Below, piece by piece: positions 9,656-18,931 of a stretch of DNA of 64,000 bases. Position 1 is the stretch's first letter. Each line of letters opens with the position of its first letter. The DNA is from Mycoplasmatota bacterium. GTDB lineage: Bacteria > Bacillota_I > Bacilli_A > RF39 > UBA660. Location of the stretch: NCBI GenBank assembly GCA_022774645.1, contig JALFKQ010000003.1, positions 1,854 to 65,853 of the forward strand, read 5' to 3'. The notes under the pieces are model-generated. The model did no database searches and had not been told where the DNA came from. It worked only from the letters and a program-made list of their open reading frames with translations. Position numbers and translations under genes: made by a program.

Positions 9656-11440
9656 TTACATACTACGATTCAATGTTTGACCATTAGTTTCTTGATTAGT
9701 TTGAGCATTACCAATAACATCATTTGAGAAACTACTCCAGAAATTATCGAAATTATCAGTTCCTACACCAAATGCATTATCAAATGCATCATCGATATTT
9801 TCATTTTCTTGCTCTGACTTACTTGGATCATTCCATCCTTCATAAGTAGGTTCAGTGCTGTTATCAGGAGCAGTAGCTGGATGATCTGGAGTAAAATCTC
9901 CACCAGTTACAATACTAGAACCATCTTTATCTTTATTTAAATCAGAATCTCCTAGTATATTTCCATTTCTATCAAATACTTCACCTTCATTATTGATATT
10001 TTCTCCAGTAGATACTTTTTCAATAACTTCTTTTTCTCCAACTCTACCAACTATAGTTTTATCATCAGTACGAGTATCATCATCTGATGGTTTATGTGTA
10101 TCATCCTCAGATGGTTTTTGTGTATTATCATCTGATGGTGTCTTTGTATCATCACTAGGTGTTGGAGTTGTATCACCAGATGGTTTAGTTGAAGTACCAT
10201 TACCACCAGTTACACCAGTAGGTGTTGTACCTGTAGGCCTTACTCCTCCGCCACCTAAAGTGTCACCATCATCTAAATTATCTTCTTGATTTGGTTCATC
10301 TTCATCAAGATCTAAATCATCTTCTTCTCCCATTTCAGTTAAAGTATCACTCATTCCATTAAGTGTATTTCCAATGTCATGAATATCACTATCAGTATGT
10401 CCAGTATGATAAGCAGTTCCAAGTGTACTAACTGCAGTTATAACAGCTGCTAAATATAAAACAGCTTTCTTTAGAACTTCACCAACTTTTTTCCATAGTG
10501 ATGGTTTTGGATTAGCAACAGCAACAACTTCTTGTTCCTCTTCCTCTTCTTCTTCATCTTGTTCTTCTTCATCACTAGTTGAATCACCTTCACCAGTATC
10601 ACTAGTTCCTGATCCAGTATCATCTCCTGTTCCAACTGGAGCTGGTACAGGTACTGGAATTGGTGTTCCATCTAATTCAGGAGGTAAAGCAGTATCATCA
10701 GTAGGAGTTGGTGTTCCCTCAGGTTCTAAATTTGGAGGAAGTTGAGTAGCATTTTCTGGAGGAAGAACTCCAGCAATTGGTGGTAAACCTAACTCATCAT
10801 CTGATTCAGGTTCACTTGGTGTCTCTAACTCTGGAGGTAACTCTTCAGCTGGTGCCTCTGGTGCTTTAGCAGCTTCAAATTCAGCTTTTTTTGCTTCATC
10901 CTCAGCTACACTTCTAATATAAGCATCTCCACCATATTTAAGATTTCTCATATTTCTAGTTAATTCAGCCATTCTTGCTTTTAATTCTTCTCGCTTAGCA
11001 GTATCTTCTTTTAATTCATTTTCAGAATCATTAATTAACTTCATAAAGCTTTCAGAATTTTCAAGTCCTGGACCTCTTTCAACAGAAATAATTGATTGAT
11101 TCTTATCAATTCTTCTATCTAGTTCTCTGATTTGTCTTCTAATAGAAATTACTTCTCTACCATCTTCAAGATATTGAGCTTCTTTAGCTACTAAAACTCT
11201 ATTTAACTCATTTACCTTTTCATAAGCACTATCAGTAATTCTATCAATTATAGCTTTTTCAGCACTAGATTTTTCAGGATGAGCTTCATCATAATTCCAA
11301 GCTGCATCCTTAATAGAATCATATGCTTCAATATTTTTTCTTAATTCTTCTAAACCTTTTTCACTAGCTTCAACATTTATAGCTTCATCTTGTTCTAATA
11401 AATTATTTAATCTAGTTTCCAATGTATTTAATTCATTCAT
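9656..11440 (-). CDS. Hypothetical single-pass membrane protein (coiled coil plus acidic Pro/Glu linker, TM, acidic disordered tail)
   Basis: ORF translation; heptad-rich N-terminus, hydrophobic AVLYLAAVITAVSTLG, PSDDT repeats. Confidence 0.75.
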   Translation of the reverse strand: MNELNTLETRLNNLLEQDEAINVEASEKGLEELRKNIEAYDSIKDAAWNYDEAHPEKSSAEKAIIDRITDSAYEKVNELNRVLVAKEAQYLEDGREVISIRRQIRELDRRIDKNQSIISVERGPGLENSESFMKLINDSENELKEDTAKREELKARMAELTRNMRNLKYGGDAYIRSVAEDEAKKAEFEAAKAPEAPAEELPPELETPSEPESDDELGLPPIAGVLPPENATQLPPNLEPEGTPTPTDDTALPPELDGTPIPVPVPAPVGTGDDTGSGTSDTGEGDSTSDEEEQDEEEEEEEQEVVAVANPKPSLWKKVGEVLKKAVLYLAAVITAVSTLGTAYHTGHTDSDIHDIGNTLNGMSDTLTEMGEEDDLDLDEDEPNQEDNLDDGDTLGGGGVRPTGTTPTGVTGGNGTSTKPSGDTTPTPSDDTKTPSDDNTQKPSEDDTHKPSDDDTRTDDKTIVGRVGEKEVIEKVSTGENINNEGEVFDRNGNILGDSDLNKDKDGSSIVTGGDFTPDHPATAPDNSTEPTYEGWNDPSKSEQENENIDDAFDNAFGVGTDNFDNFWSSFSNDVIGNAQTNQETNGQTLNRSM

Positions 11441-11443
11441 AGA

Positions 11444-13114
11444 CTAATTAGCCTCCTTTTTATTTCTAATAAACATTTTAACTTTATATTTTAATTCACC
11501 ATTTGCAGAAATATCATCAAGACTTGCAACTTTATAACCTTTATCAGTATAAATTTTAAACATTTCTTCAGCAGTTACATATTCAGTACCAATATCTTCA
11601 AAACTATCTTCATTAGTACCTTGAATTTCTTGTAATTTAACTTTAGTTTTACTTTCTATTTTTCTATAACTAGCTGAACCAGGTTTCTTAGAACTCCAAT
11701 CAGTAAATTCTGTCCATCTTGAATCACTAGTCTTAGTTGCATCTGGATAACCCTTTGGAGCAGTTGAACTATATCCACTTACTCTCTTAGTTCCTTCTTT
11801 ATACCACTTATATGCTGTAGTACCAGTGCTTTCATCTTTTATAGCATCCTTAACAGGAGCTTCAGCATAATATACTTTTTCAAGTTTAGCATCGCTCTTC
11901 ATTGATGGATAATATGTTCTAGTTCCACCAGTAACTTTATACCATTGATAAATTGTTAGTTTAACACAGTTCTTTTCATTAGATGCACAAGCATCATTTT
12001 TAGTTCTACTTATAACACATCTACCATTAACAACTTTACTCTTTCCATTTTTAATATCAGTAGTTGATGGAGAATTTGTTGATACACAAGAATCAAACTC
12101 TTCATTTTTATATGTTGGAAAATCAACTGAATTACCTGTTCCACACTTAGAAGTAGAATACTTAACATATCCAGTATTGTTATAACACATATAATAATGT
12201 GTTGGTAAATAATATCTTTCATAAGTTGAAAGTTCTGAAGCAAAATCTTTATTTGGAAAACCTTTAGGAGCAACAGCACTATAAGCTTTAGCACCATTTG
12301 CCATATAATATTCTTTAGTTCCATTAGTTACTGTATACCATTTATAAGCAGTAGCTTTATCACTATGTAAATTATAATTATTATTTGGAGATACTGGATA
12401 ATACTCTTTTACATCAGCACTATTAGTAACTTCTCCTTTACTAGTGTAATAAATCTTATCAACTAAATTCCAAGTATATTGTAAATCTTTATATCTATAA
12501 TACTTAGTAGTACTTACAGTTTTATATGATTTATATTTAATTTCATCTTGCCATAACTCTTCTACTTTACCTAATTTTTGATCTCCTTTTTTAAGTGCCA
12601 TTGGTAAGTATTTGAACTCAATGTATGACTTATCAGCAACTACATCATTAATAGTACCTTCTTTAGGTTCATTATACTCTGTATCTGATGTTTTATCAGT
12701 ACATACTAACCATGGTACATAATGTAATTTATTATTTTCAAGCATACATACTCTTACAAGAGTAGTTTCATTATTACATCTTACAAATTCATCAGGATTA
12801 ACAAGCCCTCTATCACCTAATGTTTTTAAACTTACAGTTGTACAATCCCCAATTGACTTTGGAAGTTCATCAGTATTATTTTCATAATATTTCTTTCCAG
12901 CATCCAAAAGTGCATTTTCATAAGAGAACACAGCTTGAGTAGTTGTTGGTGTTTGAGTTGGCCTTTGCTTATTTCCACAACTCTTTAATAGAAATATAAC
13001 TAATAGTATAGCAATAACAACTAAAATAATAATAAGAACTCTTTTTCTTGTAGTACTACCATTATCATCATCATAACTATCTTCATAGCCATAATCTTCA
13101 TAATTATTTGACAT
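11444..13114 (-). CDS. Membrane-anchored surface protein with a pilin-like head domain and a Tyr/Lys/Cys-rich stalk
   Basis: N-terminal TM; LLDAGKKYYENN...TVSLKTL resembles the 45512 pilin; repeated AYKWY/YQWY motifs; GGAGG RBS before ATG 13114. Confidence 0.7.
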   Translation of the reverse strand: MSNNYEDYGYEDSYDDDNGSTTRKRVLIIILVVIAILLVIFLLKSCGNKQRPTQTPTTTQAVFSYENALLDAGKKYYENNTDELPKSIGDCTTVSLKTLGDRGLVNPDEFVRCNNETTLVRVCMLENNKLHYVPWLVCTDKTSDTEYNEPKEGTINDVVADKSYIEFKYLPMALKKGDQKLGKVEELWQDEIKYKSYKTVSTTKYYRYKDLQYTWNLVDKIYYTSKGEVTNSADVKEYYPVSPNNNYNLHSDKATAYKWYTVTNGTKEYYMANGAKAYSAVAPKGFPNKDFASELSTYERYYLPTHYYMCYNNTGYVKYSTSKCGTGNSVDFPTYKNEEFDSCVSTNSPSTTDIKNGKSKVVNGRCVISRTKNDACASNEKNCVKLTIYQWYKVTGGTRTYYPSMKSDAKLEKVYYAEAPVKDAIKDESTGTTAYKWYKEGTKRVSGYSSTAPKGYPDATKTSDSRWTEFTDWSSKKPGSASYRKIESKTKVKLQEIQGTNEDSFEDIGTEYVTAEEMFKIYTDKGYKVASLDDISANGELKYKVKMFIRNKKEAN

Positions 13115-13210
13115 ATCTTTTTCCTCCAATTCCTTATGTCTATACTAAAAGTATTTTATCACAATTAATTAGTAAAAAACAAGATAAAATAAAAAATATG
13201 AAATTATTTT

Positions 13211-13891
13211 TCATATTTTCATAAGATTTTTTAATTTTTTAATTACTTTCTTTTCAATTCTAGATATATAAGACTGTGAAATAGATAATTTATCAGCAAG
13301 TTCTTTTTGTGTTAATTCCTTATTTCCACATAAACCATATCTAAGTTCAATTATTTCTCTATCCCTTTCATCAAGATTATTTATTTCCTTTTCTAGTATC
13401 AATTTATCTTCTTGACACTCTATTGACTTGTGCACAATATCTTCATCTGTTCCAAAAACATCTTCTATTTTAAGTTCATTACCCTCACTATCAAAATTAA
13501 TAGAATCCTCAAAGCTCACCTCTTTTGTTCTTTTCTTATTTTTTCTTAAAAACATAAGAATTTCATTATCAATACACCTTGATGCATAAGTAGCCAATTT
13601 AATATTCTTATCAAGTTTATATGTTTTAATTCCTTTAATAAGACCAATAGTTCCTATACTAACTAAATCTTCTAAATCATACATAGTTGTATCATACTTT
13701 TTAGCAAGAAAAACAACTAATCTTAAATTATGCTCAATAAGTTTATTTCTAGCTTCCAAGTCTCCCATATTACATTTTCTAACCAGATCCTCTTCAACAT
13801 CTTTTTTTAATGGTGGTGGTAATATATCAGTACTACCCACAAAAAACACATCATCATTTCTAAAAAACTTATCTAATATCTTCTCTATCAT
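13211..13891 (-). CDS. sigE: Pro-sigma-E, mother-cell sigma factor
   Basis: FVGSTDILPPPL, LEDLVSIGTIGLIK, SQSYISRIEK; immediately downstream of spoIIGA. Confidence 0.95.
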   Translation of the reverse strand: MIEKILDKFFRNDDVFFVGSTDILPPPLKKDVEEDLVRKCNMGDLEARNKLIEHNLRLVVFLAKKYDTTMYDLEDLVSIGTIGLIKGIKTYKLDKNIKLATYASRCIDNEILMFLRKNKKRTKEVSFEDSINFDSEGNELKIEDVFGTDEDIVHKSIECQEDKLILEKEINNLDERDREIIELRYGLCGNKELTQKELADKLSISQSYISRIEKKVIKKLKNLMKI

Positions 13892-13893
13892 AG

Positions 13894-14625
13894 CTATTCC
13901 TCCATTAATCTATAATTTATTAAACAATCATAACCATTAAATTTCTTATGAACAACACCAACCACAACATCATTTCTTTCTCCAATACCCTCAATGTAAA
14001 CCTTATTTGGTTTAAAACACTTAAGTAAACATTCACTATCCACTGTCTTATATGGAATTAAATAATAATTATCATAAACATATCTATTTATAATAATAAC
14101 TTTCTTCTTAGAATATGGATCTATTAATGAATTACCAGTATCAATAAATCCATTCAAAAATAATATTTTTCCATTATTTAAATATATAGTTACTTTCCTA
14201 TGAGTATTAATTATAGTCTTTAAATGATATGCAAAATACTTATAAATATTCAAAATAACAGGTATAAATAAGAAATATATTTCATATTTAACTAAATTCT
14301 CAATCTTAAAATAATAAAGAACGCCTCCCAAAAAGAAAGACAATATATAAAAATAAATACATCTTTTAATAAATTCCTTAAAATTACATTTACCAAATGA
14401 AATAAAAATCATAACACTACATATAGATAATTTAAATAAAATAAGAAATAAATTATTCATATCAAAAAACAAATATAATATAGATATTTCACCAAATAAA
14501 GATGAAAGAAATAACTTATATTTCAAAGTATTTAATTTCAATACATATGATGTAAATAAAAGAAGTAAATAATCAATAATAAAATTAAGTATAATAACCT
14601 CATCAATATAAACCATCTCATTCAC
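13894..14625 (-). CDS. spoIIGA: Sigma-E processing peptidase SpoIIGA
   Basis: VYIDxxxxLNFIIDYLLL N-terminus, 5 TM segments, aspartic motif DTGNxLxDP. Confidence 0.93.
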   Translation of the reverse strand: MNEMVYIDEVIILNFIIDYLLLLFTSYVLKLNTLKYKLFLSSLFGEISILYLFFDMNNLFLILFKLSICSVMIFISFGKCNFKEFIKRCIYFYILSFFLGGVLYYFKIENLVKYEIYFLFIPVILNIYKYFAYHLKTIINTHRKVTIYLNNGKILFLNGFIDTGNSLIDPYSKKKVIIINRYVYDNYYLIPYKTVDSECLLKCFKPNKVYIEGIGERNDVVVGVVHKKFNGYDCLINYRLMEE

Positions 14626-14633
14626 CCAATAAA

Positions 14634-14667
14634 AGTATATAAAAAAAGATAAGTAATTTTTGTCGAA
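14634..14667 (-). promoter_or_regulatory. spoIIG promoter with a Spo0A box
   Basis: Perfect 0A box TGTCGAA (14661-14667) over the -35 region, 21 bp from TATACT; similar to the over-long spacer of B. subtilis PspoIIG. Confidence 0.75.
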
Positions 14668-14671
14668 TTAA

Positions 14672-15499
14672 TTACTTACCTCTAACTTTTTTATATTCTT
14701 TATCAAATTTCTTAAAACCGTTATAGCAAACAGGAGATCTTCTTTGATTACCATAATTCCTTATAAACATACCAAAATCCCTAAGTCTTCTCTTACTAAT
14801 TTGAGGTTTACCATTATTATCTAAAACAACTTTACCTTCTCTATTATATTCTTTTATAAACCTATTGAATAACCTAAGAGCTGCAAAATACATAGTTGAA
14901 CCATCATATCCTTGATATTTTGCTCTATCAATTGTTCTATATAATTCTTCAATCTCTTCACCAATAAAATTATAAAAACAAAATTCATTACACAAGCCTT
15001 TAAAGAAATCAAAATTATCAGTTTCAGCTTGAAACTTTAAATAATCTTTAATAGTATCTCTGTCTAAAAATGTTCTATCAACTTTATATATAACAGGTAT
15101 ATATTTAATACCAATATCTCTTTTATCAGAACTTTTTTCATTTTTATTTTTAGTTTCAAAATAACAAACATTAATATCTGGAAAAAATTCTTCTTTTGTA
15201 CATAATTCACTCTCAAATCTACTAATTAATTCTTCTTCTGTCATAGTAGTAGTAAAGTCATCAACTTCACTTATAGTAGAAGGTCCCATAAGTTTATGAT
15301 AAATATGAATAGTAGCATCTATACTCTTATCCCTATTCCTAAAAAAGCTAACATTACCACATAAATATTTAGAAGTCTTTCTTCTATTACTTAAAACAAT
15401 ATCTTTTATCATATTATCATACTCAGCTTTATTTGCTAAATGTTTAGTTCTGCAACCACAATATTCAACCAAAGTATATCTTTTAGTCTCTTTCTTCAT
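14672..15499 (-). CDS. Hypothetical protein
   Basis: Long ORF; AAGGGGA RBS before ATG 15499; no recognised motif. Confidence 0.7.
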   Translation of the reverse strand: MKKETKRYTLVEYCGCRTKHLANKAEYDNMIKDIVLSNRRKTSKYLCGNVSFFRNRDKSIDATIHIYHKLMGPSTISEVDDFTTTMTEEELISRFESELCTKEEFFPDINVCYFETKNKNEKSSDKRDIGIKYIPVIYKVDRTFLDRDTIKDYLKFQAETDNFDFFKGLCNEFCFYNFIGEEIEELYRTIDRAKYQGYDGSTMYFAALRLFNRFIKEYNREGKVVLDNNGKPQISKRRLRDFGMFIRNYGNQRRSPVCYNGFKKFDKEYKKVRGK

Positions 15500-15622
15500 A
15501 ACTATCCCCTTAATTTTTATGCTTATAATACTAAAAAAATAACAAAAAGTCAATTTTTACTTTACTTAACCATAATTTTATGTTAAATTATATTTGGCTT
15601 AAAAAGAGGAGGCAAGTTAAAA

Positions 15623-15790
15623 ATGGCAAAAAATGTATCAAATAGAAAAAATATGAGTTCACAAAACAGACCTTTTTCATTAAAGGCAACTAAAAAAACT
15701 CAAAAAGTTAATTTACAAACAGTTGTAGTTGATGGTAAAAAAGTTAGAATGTCAACAAAAGAAATTAAATCAATTAAAAAAAGTAAATAA
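15623..15790 (+). CDS. rpmB: 50S ribosomal protein L28 (Cys-free form), absent from the ORF track
   Basis: MAKNVSNRKNMSSQNRPFSLKATKKTQKVNLQTVVVDGKKVRMSTKEIKSIKKSK; GAGGAGG RBS; terminator at 15794-15813. Confidence 0.88.
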   Translation: MAKNVSNRKNMSSQNRPFSLKATKKTQKVNLQTVVVDGKKVRMSTKEIKSIKKSK

Positions 15791-15816
15791 TTTAAGTGAG
15801 AAATCACTTTTTTTAT

Positions 15817-16695
15817 TTACTTTATTATTTCTTGTTCAAGAACTAAATCTATATTATAGTTCTTTTTTATTGTTGCTTTTATTATATTTATAAGTTCTAT
15901 AATATCTTTACTCTTTGCTTTACCAGTATTAATTATAAAGTTAGCATGTTTATAACTAATCATTGCATCATTTATCTTATAACCTTTAAGATTAGATTCG
16001 TCTATTAGTTTACCAGCACTTACTCCTTCTGGATTTCTAAATACACTACCACAAGATGGATATTCAAGTGGCTGAGTTTCTACTCTTTTAAGTGTTCTAG
16101 TTTTGATAAGATCTAATAACTCTTCTTTAGATGACTTTTCAATTTTAAATTTAGCAGACAAAATAATCACATTCTTTAGTTTACTTTTAAATATTGAATC
16201 TCTATAAGAAAATTCAAGATCTTCCCTATTAATATCATATATTTTATCTTTATCAAGTACAGTAACACTAATCAAATTATCACATATTTCACTTCCATAA
16301 CATCCGGCATTATTATAAATACATCCACCTATTGTTCCCGGTATACCACTAGCCCATTCAAGACCTTTATAACCCTTACTTGAAATATCCATTGATAATT
16401 TATTTATCATAACACCAGCATCAGTAGTTAAAACATTATCAAAAATACTATATTCACTAAAATATTTAAGTTTTATGATAATGCCATCATAATAATCAGG
16501 TAATATTATATTAGAACCATTACCAATAATAAACCATTTATTTTTATTATTAACTATATCAATGATGCTTTTAAGTTCAATAATGTTTTTAGGAAACATA
16601 AGTAACCTACATTTAGTATCTAATTTATAAGTATTATATTCTAATAATTCAGCATCCTCAATAGTTTCAAATTTCTCTTTTAGTTCTTCTATCAT
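15817..16695 (-). CDS. murB: UDP-N-acetylmuramate dehydrogenase
   Basis: IGNGSN, GIPGTIGG..NAG, FSYRDS, GSVFRNP and HANFIIN motifs. Confidence 0.96.
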   Translation of the reverse strand: MIEELKEKFETIEDAELLEYNTYKLDTKCRLLMFPKNIIELKSIIDIVNNKNKWFIIGNGSNIILPDYYDGIIIKLKYFSEYSIFDNVLTTDAGVMINKLSMDISSKGYKGLEWASGIPGTIGGCIYNNAGCYGSEICDNLISVTVLDKDKIYDINREDLEFSYRDSIFKSKLKNVIILSAKFKIEKSSKEELLDLIKTRTLKRVETQPLEYPSCGSVFRNPEGVSAGKLIDESNLKGYKINDAMISYKHANFIINTGKAKSKDIIELINIIKATIKKNYNIDLVLEQEIIK

Positions 16696-17225
16696 TTACT
16701 TAAATACTCTTCAATCTTACTACTAGTTTCTATATAATTAACTATTTTACCATTTTTAACTCTTACTAATGTAATTCCATTTATTTTAAGTTCATTTGAT
16801 CTTTTAGCCTTTGGATTACTAGTTTCAGAAGAAAAACTCTTATTCTCAGGTTTACTCATATCAACTTTATAAACTTTTAAATTACTTTTAGATGCAAGAT
16901 AACTTACATAACTATCACTTTTAAGTCCACTAAAATCATCAAATAATACATAGTATTCATTCATATTCCTTGTAAATACAGTCCCAATAGAAATATACTC
17001 ACTACTTATTTCAGTAGCCTCACTTGCAGGCTTAGTATATCCTTCCTCAAAAAGTCCACCTTTTTCCATTAGTAAAATAAGACCATAAACAACCCCTATA
17101 AATACAAGAACACCAATTAAAGTATATAAAACTGACTTAAATTTATCAGAATCACTTAATTCAACACTTTTATTTCTTACTCTTTTTTGTGGTTTAATTT
17201 TTAATTTCATTTTATTTTTTGCCAT
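16692..17225 (-). CDS. Hypothetical single-TM protein
   Basis: Basic N-terminus, one TM; stop overlaps the murB start (ATGA). Confidence 0.75.
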   Translation of the reverse strand: MAKNKMKLKIKPQKRVRNKSVELSDSDKFKSVLYTLIGVLVFIGVVYGLILLMEKGGLFEEGYTKPASEATEISSEYISIGTVFTRNMNEYYVLFDDFSGLKSDSYVSYLASKSNLKVYKVDMSKPENKSFSSETSNPKAKRSNELKINGITLVRVKNGKIVNYIETSSKIEEYLSK

Positions 17226-17329
17226 AATATCATCTCCATACTCAAAATTATAGCATATTTCCTACATTTATATCAATTATTTATTGATTTTTAGGAAAAT
17301 TTATTATATAATTTACTAAGTATTTATTT

Positions 17330-17471
17330 GGCAGTGCCTATATAATTATAATGTGTTTTCAAACTTATTAGAACAAGTAACTTCTGCCAAAGCGAAAGTA
17401 AATGAAAACTCCCTATAATTAGAAAGGTGGCCTTTAATACAAAAATATTTTGTAAAGGAGGAACAAATACT
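17330..17471 (+). promoter_or_regulatory. S4 (rpsD) autoregulatory leader RNA
   Basis: Long 5' UTR with GTTTTCA...GTAACTTCTGCCAAAGCGA...TGAAAAC, matching the Bacilli S4 leader pattern. Confidence 0.65.
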
Positions 17472-18071
17472 ATGTCAAGATATATCGGACCAGTATTTAA
17501 AAAATCTAGAAGATACGGTTTTTCAACTCTTGAAACTGGTAAAGAATTAAGAAAGAAACCTACTGCTCCTGGAATTCATGGAACAAGTAGAAAGAAACTT
17601 AGTGAATACGGTGTTCAATTACATGAAAAACAAAAAGTTAGATTTATGTATGGAATTTCTGAAAAACAATTCGAAAAGACATTTGAAGCAGCTGGTAAGA
17701 TGCAAGGAATCCATGGTTATAACTTATTAATACTTTTAGAAAGTAGATTAGATAACCTAGTTTATAGAATGGGATTTGCTAAAACAAGAAGAGCTGCTAG
17801 ACAACTAGTTAATCACGGTCATATCTTAGTTGATGGTAAAAAAGTAGATATTCCATCATTCAGAGTAAAAGTTGGAAGTGTTATTTCTGTTAAAGAGGCA
17901 TCACTTGATCACCCAGTTATTAATGAATGTATGAATATGGACATTAATATTCCATCATTTGTTACAGTTGACAAAGCTAAGAAATCTGGTACTTATGTAA
18001 GATATCCAGAAAGAGAAGAATTAAATTCAGAAATTAATGAAGCATTAATAGTTGAATACTACAACAGATAA
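17472..18071 (+). CDS. rpsD: 30S ribosomal protein S4
   Basis: [41 protein letters not shown]; AAAGGAGG RBS. Confidence 0.98.
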   Translation: MSRYIGPVFKKSRRYGFSTLETGKELRKKPTAPGIHGTSRKKLSEYGVQLHEKQKVRFMYGISEKQFEKTFEAAGKMQGIHGYNLLILLESRLDNLVYRMGFAKTRRAARQLVNHGHILVDGKKVDIPSFRVKVGSVISVKEASLDHPVINECMNMDINIPSFVTVDKAKKSGTYVRYPEREELNSEINEALIVEYYNR

Positions 18072-18074
18072 TTT

Positions 18075-18104
18075 AAAAACTCTTGATTTATTCAAGAGTT
18101 TTTT
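18075..18104. terminator. Bidirectional terminator between rpsD and the sortase gene
   Basis: aaaaactcttga/tcaagagttttt. Confidence 0.85.
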
Positions 18105-18109
18105 GTTTG

Positions 18110-18931
18110 CTATAAAATATAATTATTTCTTTTTCTTATTAACATATAAACAATAAATCCAATAAAGATAAAAACATAATATATTAAAGCAGTATTTATT
18201 TCGAGTTTAGGTGTTTCTTCTATAATAGGTAAATTATTATCATTTACTACCCTTTTACCTCTAACAAGTAATCTATGAGTATTAAGTCCATAAGGTGTAC
18301 AAGTTATAAGTGTTATATAATCTTCATCCTTATAAATATCTAAATTTGATAAATCATCTGGCTCAACAACAGCAATACTATCAACAGAATATGTAAGTAC
18401 TTTATCAAGAACATATATATAAAATTTATCACCAACAACTAATTGATCTAAATCAGTAAATAATTTATTAAGAGGAAGTCCTCTGTGTCCTGTTAATATA
18501 CTATGTGTACTTTTCCCACCAATTGGAAGTGAACTTCCTTCAAAATGTCCTATTCCTTTTTCTAATGTTTTAGTATTAGTTCCATGATATATAGGAAGTT
18601 CAATATTTATTTTAGGTATTTTTATATATCCAATAAGACCATCGGAATCAAAATTTAATAGTTTTAAATATTCATCAGATAATTTATCATCTTCTTTATA
18701 AAACGAATCAACAATTTTAACAGAAGATAATGATTTATTATATTGTTCTGCTAAAGACCAAATATATTCTTTTGTTTTATCGTCTCCTTTAGCTACTTTA
18801 TTTGTATAACTAATTATTATGTTTCTATTTTCATTTTTATTAAATAAATTCATAATGTATGGAAAGAACATAATAATTACACCTACAATTATAAGTAGAC
18901 TAAATATAATAATTGGTAATTTCCTTTTCAT
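18110..18931 (-). CDS. srtC: Class C (pilus) sortase
   Basis: GHxEGSSLPIGG, TGHRG, TLITCTPYGLNTHRLLVRG; N- and C-terminal TM. Confidence 0.96.
   Translation of the reverse strand: MKRKLPIIIFSLLIIVGVIIMFFPYIMNLFNKNENRNIIISYTNKVAKGDDKTKEYIWSLAEQYNKSLSSVKIVDSFYKEDDKLSDEYLKLLNFDSDGLIGYIKIPKINIELPIYHGTNTKTLEKGIGHFEGSSLPIGGKSTHSILTGHRGLPLNKLFTDLDQLVVGDKFYIYVLDKVLTYSVDSIAVVEPDDLSNLDIYKDEDYITLITCTPYGLNTHRLLVRGKRVVNDNNLPIIEETPKLEINTALIYYVFIFIGFIVYMLIRKRNNYIL

Noticed and set aside
9393-13129. Prophage or mobile island
   Set aside because: No integrase, transposase, phage genes or flanking direct repeats seen
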